The notes below the pieces were generated by a model. That model was not told where the DNA came from. It did not search any database and worked only from the letters and a program-made list of their open reading frames with translations. DNA of 61,199 bases, filler included, from Globobulimina sp. (lineage: Eukaryota): assembly GCA_003354225.1 (NCBI GenBank). It is 16 parts of 16 records of this genome, joined end to end, with 100 filler letters (N's around TTAATTAATTAA, not from the genome) between each part and the next. Parts side by side here need not be neighbours in the genome. Positions count along the whole stretch, not along the records: positions 1 to 3,737 come from PIVH01002175.1; positions 3,838 to 7,573 come from PIVH01002176.1; positions 7,674 to 11,407 come from PIVH01002177.1; 13 more parts are not named here. One strand, 5' to 3'. The translations under genes and the position numbers were made by a program. Shown here in pieces: positions 1-11,507 of the stretch (position 1 is the stretch's first letter; every line of letters begins with the position of its first letter).

Positions 1-367
1 AAATCAAAACTAAACATCTGCTATAAAGTAAGTTGATGGGTGGAACAAAAAAGAAATCTGAACCACTGATCAAATGTGTGTTCAAGTTTCTGTTTTGGAT
101 GTTCTTTTTTTTTGTTCTGGCCGTGAACTTACTAATAATTATAACCTATAGACATAATTTTGTAGACCTGTATAATACTGCCTACGCTATCTGTTTAATA
201 TTGTTGTAGCTAATTTATTGTGGTAAGCGATTAACTCCAAAAGTTGAAGTCCGATGACCACAATGAAAATTAGCTAGCTCAAGAGTTGTGACTGCAGTCC
301 TGCGTAAATCCACAAGTTGATCAATGATAATTAGTGCACTGAGTGGAAAACACTATAAAGTCAATGA

Positions 368-927
368 TCAAATCCATTGACAAAGATTCCAATCCAATTT
401 ATAAGGTTTTAATTCCAATTCAAATGGGTCTCCACATGTGGCATCAGCATAATTCTTATTTTGTTGAAATACAAAAAATCCCCACATTTGGCCGCATGTT
501 GGAACATTTTGCCTGGAACATGATTCATATTGAAATAAGTCCTGATTTATAAATACTTTCGGATACAGACCAATAACACCCGGTCCTTGCACAGCTTCGA
601 CCTTCCCATTATTATCCTTAATAAACCACTTTCGAACTGTCAATTGATATGGCTTTGAATCGGATATATTGCATTCTTGACATCGCATTTTCATTTCAAT
701 CTCTTTATTCATATCATAGTATGCCGTCTGAGTCGGACACTCAATTTCGATATGATACGAAAATAAATAATTACTTTGTTTTATATTTGATATTTCCGCT
801 ATAAATAATGGTGACGCTCTGCATAAAATACCTCTGGTCACACACGAAGAGGTTGCAATATCACACAACGGATATCGTAATACTGGAACATCCTCTTAAC
901 TCCATCTGCAAAGCTTTTGATGAAAGT
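368..927 (-). CDS. ApaG-domain protein (FBXO3/SKIP16-like C-terminus), 5'-truncated and apparently frameshifted near 895
   Basis: YLFSYHIEI...YQLTVRKWFI...VQGPGVIGLYP...FQYESCS...GQMWGFF are ApaG motifs. Upstream TFIKSFADGVK reads in another frame and abuts a retroelement tail at 928. Confidence 0.8.
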
Positions 928-1013
928 GTAGTAGTGGGACAAAATTCAATCAGGCCTGAGGTCTGATTCCAGACTCACATACAGATTGTTGGAACAACCC
1001 TGCCCTGCGGGAG
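928..1013 (-). mobile_element. 3'-end fragment of the (TAC)n-tailed retroelement family (copy A)
   Basis: Minus strand CAGGGTTGTTCCAACAATCTGTATGTGAGTCTGGAATCAGACCTCAGGCCTGATTGAATTTTGTCCCACTACTAC aligns with 38375-38447 and encodes VSLESDLRPD*. Confidence 0.75.
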
Positions 1014-1048
1014 TGTGAAGTGTCACTTTTTTTGGTTTTTTGTCAGCC

Positions 1049-3669
1049 ATGTCTTCGTTTGTTCCGTTCAAAGTCCACAAACGACCAAAAGATTCTGACA
1101 GTCCAAGAACATCTAAAGGCACAACTAATCTCTATGTACGAGTGGTAGAAGCAGTTGGATTGCCATCAAATGATTTACTTCGTGTTTTCTCAGATTTATA
1201 TTGCAAAATACATCTCAAGAATGCCGGCAAACCATCCGATTCCAACAATGCATTCAAATCAGACACCATAAAAAAATCAACTCATCCAATATTCAATACT
1301 GCCACTTCTCTGTATGAATTTCTATGTATATCATATTTAAATTCCATAATAATATATGCTGCATAATATAGCAAAATATGTAAGGATGATTTTCAAAATG
1401 CTTCATTACAAATTGCGCTGTTTGACCATGATGCTATTCATGATGATGATGAATTGGGTGTTGCCTCCATTCCTTTATCATATTTTAAAAAGAATCAATT
1501 ATTTCAAGGATGGCTTCCTTTGCGTAATTCAGAGGAATATAAATCCAAAAAACTAAAACAAAGCAACAACAACAACAATCAACAGGATATAAAACAGGAA
1601 GAAGATAAAAAAGAACCAGAGACTGTCTCCAACAATAAACCAGCAAAAAAAAAGAAGTTTGGTAGGTTTTCGAAAAATAAATTTATGTCTTCTGTCAAGG
1701 ATAAAGTTGCGAAGAACAAAGCACTTAACACTGCATATCAAAATGCCACCAAAGTTAGGATATTCATTATATTCCATATCCTTACACAGTCTGTATATCC
1801 TCGCACAGTGCAGCAATGTTTTTGTTTTTTTGCAGTGTTAGCGCTGTTATGGTAGTCGTGCATAGCACTGCATGTCATTTAATTTTGTTTTAAATTCAAT
1901 TTTATTTTTGCAAACGAATATATTTTATACAGGTAGCCAACAACGAAACGCTCAACACTGTCTATCGAAATGCAACCAAAGTTAAGCCCCATAATGAGCT
2001 AAGCTGTACATGTAAATTACTTTATATTTGTGACCATATATCCCTCCACTTCCAGGTAGCAACAAGTGTGGCACATCAAGTCGCCGACCATGTGACTGGT
2101 GTTTTGCAGCAGCAAGGAAAAACCAGCAGGGACGCAGCCAGAATATATGTTGTTATCCGATATTCCAACAACAAGAAATTCGCTGTAGAACAAAAACAAG
2201 AATCGACGCATTTACGAATTGTGCATCATCCATTACAACCCACACCCACTAAAATATTTGCTTTGACATTCAACGCAGGAAATTGTACTTTGTCTGATTT
2301 TAACGATGCTTTAAGTGACTGGCTACCCAATGACCAAAGTATTGATTTATACGTGTTGGGATTTCAAGAATTAAATCAAAAGAAAAAAGAGGGAGAGAGT
2401 GACGATGAAAATGAAAATGAAAACGAGAACGTGGAGGGAAAAGATGACACGAAATCTGACGACATTGATGATCAACAAACTATGTTAGAACAGTATTTTT
2501 TGGAATATTTAGGTGCTGAGTATGTCAGCGTTACTCATAGAAATATGTGGCAAACGCGTTTGTTTGTATTTGCAAAGAAGATATATTCAGATGTTATATC
2601 CAATGTAGTTTCCGATTTTGCTGCAACAGGACTTGGAGGCATTGGACCGAATAAAGGCGGAGTTGCCATATCGTTTGATTTTGATGGGGTCAGTTTATGT
2701 TTTTTGTCTTGCCATTTGGCGGCACATCAAACCAAAGTTAAAGAGAGGAACGCAATGTATTCCAAAATATGCAAGAATTTGAAAGTCGGATGGCCGAGAC
2801 AGCAAATTTTGGGACAATTTCATTGCATGATATTAATGGGAGACTTGAATTATAGAATTGATTATTTTGGCCAGTCACATGACGACAAACCTGAACCGGC
2901 TACGTTTAAAAAGGCGTGTTTGGTGTTGGAGAATATGGCAAAAAAAGGAGATTCGTATGATGCGCTGTTGAAAGATGACCAATTGAATGTTTGTAGGGAA
3001 AATGGTGATGGTTTTGTGGGGTTTGAGGAGCTGAAGGTTGGGTTTGCTCCCACTTTCAAAATGGAACGGGAGTCAGGAATGCATTACATAGAGAAGAGAT
3101 TGCCAGCGTGGTGTGATCGTATTTTATGGCGTTGTTGTGATGGATTTAAAATTGTGGCAGAACAATATCGAATGTATAGTGATGCGGATATATCAGATCA
3201 TAAACCAGTTTCGTGCATTTTTAATATGTTAAAATGGAGCCGATCGTGCGGGATATCTGATGAATGTAAGAGAGCGGAGATCGAATTTCGGAATGTTTGT
3301 GGCAAAGATTTAATTGTTTCGACTGCCAATGGGAAAACTGATCCGTTTATTCGCTTTCCAAAGCAATTGTTGTTGGGCAAATATGTGGAAAGTGAGAGTG
3401 TGAACGGAGGTGATATTGAAGCATTGGGATTGATGAGAAATAGTTTACCATTTTTGGAGAATTCTTTGTTAATGTTTCAAGTTAAGGAGCGAGAACAGAT
3501 GAGTTCAGTGATGGATATGGATGTGATTGGTTACGGATATATTGCATTGAGAGGATGTGTGAATAAATTGAATAAATGGATACCTTTTCAAGTAGAAGTC
3601 AGTTTGAATGGGATGACAGCTGGGATTTTTAAAGGAGATATAAAATTAGTTTATGAAAGCAGGAAATAA
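1049..3669 (+). CDS. C2-domain inositol polyphosphate 5-phosphatase; predicted exons 1049-1311, 1372-1753, 1933-1980, 2056-3669
   Basis: N-terminal C2 (VRVVEAVGL...DLYCKI...FDHD...DELG); 5-phosphatase motifs GFQE, NKGGV, GDLNYR, PAWCDRILW, SDHKPV; GT-AG introns keep the frame. Confidence 0.9.
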
Positions 3670-3737
3670 ATGTAATGAAGTATTGATGCACAAATTTATG
3701 TGTTGTATAATTTATATTTTATATGTGTTTTTGTTTG

Positions 3738-3837
3738 NNNNNNNNNNNNNNNNNNNNNNNNNNNNNNNNNNNNNNNNNNNNTTAATTAATTAANNNNNNN
3801 NNNNNNNNNNNNNNNNNNNNNNNNNNNNNNNNNNNNN
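3738..3837. other. Artificial contig spacer (N44-TTAATTAATTAA-N44); the same spacer occurs 15 times in the window
   Basis: Identical N-run plus six-frame-stop linker about every 3.83 kb; contig lengths are non-increasing. Confidence 0.98.
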
Positions 3838-3869
3838 GTTCAAGCAATCTGTGAGTCTGGAGTCAGTTA
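3838..3869 (+). mobile_element. Short fragment of the same retroelement 3' region (copy B, no tail)
   Basis: GTTCAAGCAATCTGTGAGTCTGGAGTCAG matches copies A, C and E. Confidence 0.6.
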
Positions 3870-4071
3870 TTTGAACAATCCAAAAACTTCTTTATGGAAC
3901 GCATCACAAAAAGTAGAATTAATATCCTTAACTACATTGCAACTATGAATTATACGCTTGAACATTTTTGTTTGCAAGAAGGGAGTATTATAACTCCATA
4001 AGATTAGTTAAACGGATCCAAACATAGAACCACGACATATAAAAAAGGAAAATAACATATAAAAAAGGAAA

Positions 4072-7020
4072 TTATTGAGTTTGGTCACAGTCACAGATGG
4101 TTGATATTATTTTGCTTGCTATTTCGTATTGTTGTATAATGTTAATGTTATTGTGTAACGAGACAGTTGTTGATGGTCTTGGATTTATTTGAATTTGTTG
4201 TTGTTGATTTTGAGGATCGTCATTAAATTGATTTAATTTTTCATATAACAAATCAATAATTGTTGTATTAATCCAACCTTTTCGAATTGCAGTTTCTTTT
4301 GAATGTAATCCAATTTCCGATAATTGTTTAATTAAATCATCTTTATTTTCAATATATTGCGATTTATAACAAATTGAGTTTGCACTAAATGGAGATAGAA
4401 ATTCTTGATTAGTAATAAATGGTTTCATTAACATGTTATTCATCCATAAATCGTGAAAAAATATGTACCAAAATGCATACTTTTTATTTGTATTAAAAAA
4501 ATTTAATTTATCATAAATCATATTTATACTTTCAATGTATTCATTGTTATCTACTAAATTTTTTAGTTTTTCATTTTGTTCAAATTGCAGCATTTGTTTT
4601 AACTCTTCTTTAGTAACATTATCATTGTTATATATGTAATACCAAAATGCATACGATAATACTTTTTCTTTTTCAATAAATTGATTTATATAAAATTGTG
4701 AATATCGTTTAAAATCTGAACATATTTCTTTTCTTTTTTCTTCATGAACATCTTCTCTATAATTTTGACCTAAAAATCTTGCCAAAACAGGCGTTTCTTC
4801 AAATTTATCATTTAAACCAAAATCTTGACCATACACAGTGATTGCTTCATGATTCCAATTATGATTTCCCCATTCGGCTTCGGTATGTGATCCAGTACCA
4901 TCATTATACTGTAAATATGTTTGAAAACCACGAGTTACATCGATACCATTCCATTCTGATTTAATCCCATTCCTATTTATGCCAAATCGACCATCATTAA
5001 AGGAAAACAATACTTGAACTGATTTTGATTCTGTCTTTTCTCGCGTTTCAGTCTTATTTTCACTATTTCTTATTGTCACGGTTACTGTTCTTGATATTGT
5101 TTTTGTTTTATATTTTTGTATTGGCCAATGACACATTGATTCTTCCAAAGCACGCAATTTTAATCTTATTGCCTTTCTTCTTTGTATATCTTCATTTTTA
5201 TTTGCAATCACTAAGTTATTTAAGTTTTCAATGCCTTTATTTATATCAAACACTTTTCCAGCAACAACGGGTGATATTGAGAATAATGCAGTTGATGCTT
5301 CATCGCCGTCATCACTGAGAAATATGGCACAAAATGGATATGGGATAATATACATTTTTCCAAAAAAAGTTAATGATTTATTTTCCATTTGTTGTACTGC
5401 ACACAGTTTATCATTTTGTTGGCATAAATCAATGCATTCGCCATTCCAAAATACATCCAATCCATTTAAATTATTCATGATATATTTCATAGAAGAAATT
5501 ACTTGCAACTGATTTGTATTAATAATATGATTTAAAAATGATTTATACGACTCAAAGGATTCATTTTCCACAATTTCTTTATTTTCTTCATGTCGTTCAC
5601 CAACTGTTCCGTCAAAATCTAGCAAATATGGAGGTGATCCACCATATTGATATCCTAATATTTTTGCTTCGTATGATTCTCGACTATCATTATCGTCGTT
5701 TGTTTTTAAATTTGGAACTCGCAAATTTTCATCCTGTTTAAATAATGTATCCCAAAATTCATGCCAGATTCTAAATTTTCTTTCTCTTTCAATATCTAAT
5801 TTCGTGCTAAATATTAATGCTTCGTTTGTATCTCTGGTTAATGTAAATGTAATTCGTTGAGTCATTTGTTTTACGATTTTTTGAACAAATTTAAATCCAC
5901 ACAACACATAAAAAATAATAATTATTCCACCCACAAATGTTGCAATGTTTAATAAAACACCAAAAACAATTTCTCCACCGGATATTTGTGATGCAACGCA
6001 GCCTAAAATAGCTATAATCAATGCAGTATATCTGGCAATAATATCAATTTGATCATCAGTATTCTTAATAAAAGGTCGCGACCATGTCGATAAGATTGAA
6101 TATCCCAACAACACAACAATTGTGCATGCCGATTGTATACCTAATAATTGCTTATCTGTATCCTTCCCATCCAAGGCATTTCTATCTCCGATTTGATTGG
6201 TATTTACAAACAACACAACTGGCAATACCAAAATGATTTTAATTACCATAACAATAACTTTATAATGTGCCCAATTCCTTTCATATCCATCATATATAAT
6301 TTTATATGGACATTCATCTTTTTCTAAATCATTTCTATAGTCACCATCTGTGTATCCACCAATTCGCTCATTCCCTTCTGCATCAAATAAGGAAGGGATT
6401 GGCCTATTCGCCACAACAATTCTATACAAAATAATTGGTGCCGGAATGATAAATATACAAAGAACAAAAATAGATAAGATAGTTAAAACAATATATAATG
6501 AGGAACTACAATCATTTGGACCTGGATAAAATTTAATATCACAGGATAATGCTAATACAATATCACGAAATACAGGCAAATATAATGTGGTTAATATCAT
6601 TAATAAAATTTTCAAACGCTTTTTATATCCCTTTCCGCGATTTGACCATGTTTTAACTTGTAATCCTTGATTGACATCATCTGGATCTGAAGATGAACAA
6701 TAAAATATAAGTGAACATATAATTGATACAACAGACATTGTGAGGAATACAATTACGCCAATCCATTTTTGTGTGCTTGCATCGTTCCACCAGCATGAAA
6801 AACAAAATGAAATCGATACAGTAAAATTACCAAAAATACTATTGAATGAATCAGGTAATGCTTCTTCTAATCCTTCAAAAAAAAGGGAAATAATTTGCCA
6901 GAAATCACGAAAAATTTCGATCTTAATAAGGTTTGATACTTTACGTAAACTGCCTGCTCCCAATGATGTTAATGTTTTTATTGTGGGGATTGTTGACGAT
7001 TTGGCATTGTCCCAATTCAT
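4072..7020 (-). CDS. Large multi-pass membrane protein of unknown function (982 aa)
   Basis: Long uninterrupted ORF with about 7-8 hydrophobic helices in the N-terminal 380 aa, then a large soluble region. Confidence 0.8.
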   Translation of the reverse strand: MNWDNAKSSTIPTIKTLTSLGAGSLRKVSNLIKIEIFRDFWQIISLFFEGLEEALPDSFNSIFGNFTVSISFCFSCWWNDASTQKWIGVIVFLTMSVVSIICSLIFYCSSSDPDDVNQGLQVKTWSNRGKGYKKRLKILLMILTTLYLPVFRDIVLALSCDIKFYPGPNDCSSSLYIVLTILSIFVLCIFIIPAPIILYRIVVANRPIPSLFDAEGNERIGGYTDGDYRNDLEKDECPYKIIYDGYERNWAHYKVIVMVIKIILVLPVVLFVNTNQIGDRNALDGKDTDKQLLGIQSACTIVVLLGYSILSTWSRPFIKNTDDQIDIIARYTALIIAILGCVASQISGGEIVFGVLLNIATFVGGIIIIFYVLCGFKFVQKIVKQMTQRITFTLTRDTNEALIFSTKLDIERERKFRIWHEFWDTLFKQDENLRVPNLKTNDDNDSRESYEAKILGYQYGGSPPYLLDFDGTVGERHEENKEIVENESFESYKSFLNHIINTNQLQVISSMKYIMNNLNGLDVFWNGECIDLCQQNDKLCAVQQMENKSLTFFGKMYIIPYPFCAIFLSDDGDEASTALFSISPVVAGKVFDINKGIENLNNLVIANKNEDIQRRKAIRLKLRALEESMCHWPIQKYKTKTISRTVTVTIRNSENKTETREKTESKSVQVLFSFNDGRFGINRNGIKSEWNGIDVTRGFQTYLQYNDGTGSHTEAEWGNHNWNHEAITVYGQDFGLNDKFEETPVLARFLGQNYREDVHEEKRKEICSDFKRYSQFYINQFIEKEKVLSYAFWYYIYNNDNVTKEELKQMLQFEQNEKLKNLVDNNEYIESINMIYDKLNFFNTNKKYAFWYIFFHDLWMNNMLMKPFITNQEFLSPFSANSICYKSQYIENKDDLIKQLSEIGLHSKETAIRKGWINTTIIDLLYEKLNQFNDDPQNQQQQIQINPRPSTTVSLHNNINIIQQYEIASKIISTICDCDQTQ

Positions 7021-7137
7021 AATTAATTACAATAGAAATAAAATTTAATTGCAAATTCATCACGTAATTGTTACGTATATAATTTATTAATTATCATGGT
7101 AATATTATATCAAATCAATGTGATCTCGACTTGATTT

Positions 7138-7573
7138 CTATCCATATTTAGAAGCGCATTTTAAATAATAATATTCTGTTTGTATTCGGGTCTTTGCGAC
7201 GTTCAATGATATTATTGTAGGTTGGATAGTTATGACAAAGAACTTAACGATGAGTTTCAAAAACTAGCTGAAACGATGCATGCGCGATATAATAAAACCA
7301 CAGCACTTGAATAACCCAACGATCCTCCCATTTGACTAAAGGCCAAGCCGCTAAAACGGCATATAAAAATCCGGAGATTAGCATTATAATTACGCTGCTC
7401 GCAATTGAGTCTTTCGTATCAACTATGGTCGAGTTCCTCTGATACTGAAATCTGCAATGTGATATCAACGTTAATATTAAATTTGTAGTTTCTATGATCT
7501 GACACAAATTATCATTCAAACAATTAACAAAATTGGTATCATTAAACTTGATATAATAACTATATAACAAACA
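7138..7573 (-). pseudogene. Partial membrane-protein gene fragment, probably frameshifted in a T-run near 7260
   Basis: Hydrophobic 108-aa ORF; a plausible continuation (LKLIVKFFVITIQP) lies in a shifted frame. Confidence 0.35.
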
Positions 7574-7728
7574 NNNNNNNNNNNNNNNNNNNNNNNNNNN
7601 NNNNNNNNNNNNNNNNNTTAATTAATTAANNNNNNNNNNNNNNNNNNNNNNNNNNNNNNNNNNNNNNNNNNNNCCATGATTTTACTTTAAAAAAAACGTT
7701 TACTCCCTTTACTTTAAAATGATGAAAA

Positions 7729-9768
7729 GGTTTATGTTTTACGGACCGCATGAAAAACATGAAGACCTCCGACTTGAGTGGCGGATGGCGGATGCGAGTG
7801 TCATTGGCCTGTGCATTGTTCGTGGCGTCGGACGTGTTGTTACTGGATGAACCGACCAACCATTTAGATTTCCCATCGGTGATCTGGTTGACTGAATACT
7901 TGTGTTATGAGTATCCAATGGACAAAACTATCCTCGTCGTGTCGCACGATCGCAGGTTTTTGAATGATGTGTGTACCGATATCATGCATTTGGAATATTG
8001 CCGCTTGCGATATTACAAAGGAAACTATGATTCGTTCATCAAGATTCGAAGTGAGATGCGAGTGCATCAAAGAAAACAATACGATCGGCAACAAAAAATG
8101 ATCCGCCATAACGAAGATTTCATTGCGCGCTTCAAAGCCAATAAGAAATGGAGTACGCAGGCACAGTCTCGACAGAAAATGTTAAATCGAGTGGATAAAA
8201 TCTCCAAAGTGTTATGCGATTTAGAATTTCGATTTGCGTTTCCCAAACCGAATAAGATCAAAAACGATTTAATTTGCCATTTGGATGAAGTGACCTTTGG
8301 TTATCATGGTGAGAAGAAAAAAAGAGATAAGTCGAGTTACATATTGACGAATTGCAATTTGCGCGTGAAATTTGGAGAGAAAATTGGCATATTAGGGGCC
8401 AATGGCGCCGGTAAATCCACTTTGATTAAATTAATTATGCAGGAATTGTCACCCGTGTTAGGCACCGCCTATCTACCCAATGGCGTGCAATATGGCTATT
8501 TTGCGCAACATCATTTGGAAGCGTTGGATTATTCATTAACACCGATTGAGTGCCTACAGAAAGAGTTTGGTCGTTCTGTCACCATCCAGCAAATATACGC
8601 ACAATTAGGTATGCCATGCTTTTCCACTTAAAAATAATTTACTAAAAAAAACCTTTCTGTGCGCAATGTCACAATGGCACCGGTGTAGTACAGATGTATT
8701 ATCTTATTTATATTTATATATTTAGGTAGATTTAGTTTAGGCGATAAATTTGCACGCCGTAAGATCGGGACACTTTCAGGTGGACAAAAATCGCGCGTCG
8801 CCTTTAGTATCTTAACCTGGTACTCGCCGCATTTGATCATAATGGACGAGCCGACCAATCATTTGGATATGCCGACCATTGATGCGTTAGCCATCGCGTT
8901 GTCTGATTTCGAAGGCACAATCCTCATCGTGTCGCATGATCAACATTTTGTGGAGACCTGCTGCGACGAGTTCTGGTGTATTGGCAATCGGCAAATTAAA
9001 ATATTTGATGATTTCCAGCGGTGTCGAGAGTACAGCAAAAAAGCGAGAGCTCCCAATGTTTTGCCCCGCGAATTTTCGAGTGTCGAGGTGAGGAAAAAAG
9101 TGGACAGCTCCAAAAATTACAACTTTGAACAACTAAATGCTTTGCAAGAAGAAAAGGAGAAATCTGAGAAACAGAGAGAGGTCAAAAAAGTAATTGTCAT
9201 AAACAAAGAGGAAGTTTTTACCGTGGACCCGGAGCGCGAAATTGACAAAGGTTTGGAAAAAGGATTGACACCAAATCAAATATTGCGACATTTGCGCGGT
9301 GGCTACAAACCGACGGATGGCAATATTATGATTGTGACCAAATTGGGTTTTATTATGTTTCATGATTACTTTGATGATAAATCGCAGACTTATAAGGATT
9401 TGGACCATTTTTCATTCTTTTCTGCATGGAAAAATATTATCAATTTTTGTATTCCTACTGCGCATAAATTAAATCAAGCGGAATTGTTGAAAGTGGCGAT
9501 GAAATGTTTTACGACGGCAAAGAGGGACAATGGGAGAAATAAACGATGTGATAATACATATTCGTTTGGTTTGATGTTGGAATCTTTGGTTCGAAGCTAT
9601 GGCATGATCCATATTGAGATTATTGAAGGTTATGTGGAGAGACTCAAAAATAATGAAAAAGAATTGCAGAAATTGAATAAAATGCAAATTGATGTGTTGA
9701 ATCAGATGGATACATTTTTAGCTATGGCGCCAGAAGAAGATGAAGATAGTGATTCTGACAGTGATTGA
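7729..9768 (+). CDS. ABC-F family ATPase (5' partial) with C-terminal extension; intron 8609-8725
   Basis: LSGGWRMR, LLLDEPTNHLD, VVSHDR, YKGNY, GANGAGKST, LSGGQKSRV, MDEPTNHLD: two ABC cassettes with no TM domain. Confidence 0.93.
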
Positions 9769-10023
9769 TTATTATATTTTTATTTCATATATTCTATTAC
9801 GTAGGTTTTATGTACGAGTTTGTTTTTTTTTGTTTGTAATTCTCCGTTTATTGACTTTCTTGATTTATTCACACAAATCAACTGCTTAACTTGGACGGCT
9901 TCCAATGTTCAGTGCAAGGATAAGAATGCAATAAAAAAGATACGTTTTTGTATGAATCATTTGCTAGAAAATATGAAAAGACCAAAAAAAAGATCAATAA
10001 ATAGAGTACACTCATTCCTTAAA

Positions 10024-11407
10024 TCATTGTTTATGATATTGATTTTTATGTTGCTGCTGATGATGGTGTCTTCTGTCATGTCCATGATGTTTAAATCTCG
10101 GCCCTCTTTGGATCTCTTTTTGATCGCAACCATCATCATCAGACTCATCATGTTTATCATCATCAAATTGCATGTCTTGCAATTCCTTCTTTTGTTTTGT
10201 CGCCGACAATTTCGTATAATACGAACTCTCCGTATCCACAAAGCCTGTCTGTCGCATTAAACTATGTATCTGATCCAATGCATTGCCATTGCCATTGCCC
10301 TGTCCTTTACCCAACAATGGCGACACAGCCGACACCACGGTCTGTATCGGGGATATATTCTGATACAAATATAAATCCGCCACTTCATTATTGCCGATGC
10401 CAACCTGTGGCTGTGGCTCATTCACCTGTGCATACGGCACATAATTCTGCAAACTGTACGGATTGTCATTACTGACGGTGCTCGCCCACACATTGTTCAC
10501 TATGTCCTTCTGATTCACATCCATATCCATGTCATGATGATTATTATGCTGCTAATAGGCATTGTCATTAAAATCAACCATTCCCGACGGCAAATGAAAT
10601 ATAAAATCATTATTATCCTCCAACGGCTCCATCCCTATCCCTACATTGTTCACATTCTGCTGCATATTCTGTTGCACCCAATTCCGCAAATCCATATTCC
10701 TCTCCTGCTCGTTTTGTAACTGCAAAATGCCACTTTGAACAGTATTATTCTCCACATTCACAGCGTGACCATGACCATGCTGTGCCTGTACCGGTACCTG
10801 TACCTGCGGCGTAGCGGTATATGCCAACGGTTCAATATCTAAATCCGCATCAATCTGTTTCATCACTTCATCAATCTCTGCATTATCGCCATACAACGAA
10901 TCTAGAGTATAATTGAATGGGTATGGCACATACTCATTATTCGTGCCATTATAACCATAGTAATCACCATAACCACCATAGCCACCCTGCGCACCGTGAT
11001 CATGACCCTGTTGGTGACCATGACCGTGTTGGTGACCGTGGCCGTGACTGTGACCGTGCACTGCGGGGTGCTGCACAACTGGCTGTGGTTGCGACTGTGT
11101 CTGTGTCTGTGCCATATACACATCGCTCTGTGGTATCATCGGGGTCTTATTATTATTATTATTAACAAGCATCGATACCTCTTCCTGTGACTTTATACTC
11201 CTTCCAGTCACTTCTGACGATGCTTGAGACGCGGTACTCTTCTCCCGATTAATATGATTCTTTTTCCTTCGCCTCTTCCTTTTCTTCTTCTTCTTTTTCT
11301 TCTTTTCCTTCTCCTTCTTTTCCTTCTCCTTTTCCTTTTCCTTCCTCTCTCGTTCCAATTTCTCCCTCTTTTCCCGCGCCACTCTCTCTTTTTCCTCCTT
11401 CTCTTTT
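10024..11407 (-). CDS. Low-complexity (K/E-, H/G-, Q/N-rich) protein, 5' partial, with an in-frame TAG at 10552-10554
   Basis: ORFs 10552-11382 and 10024-10530 share a frame and are separated by a single TAG; composition is continuous across it. Confidence 0.65.
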
Positions 11408-11507
11408 NNNNNNNNNNNNNNNNNNNNNNNNNNNNNNNNNNNNNNNNNNNNTTAATTAATTAANNNNNNNNNNNNNNNNNNNNNNNNNNNNNNNNNNNNN
11501 NNNNNNN

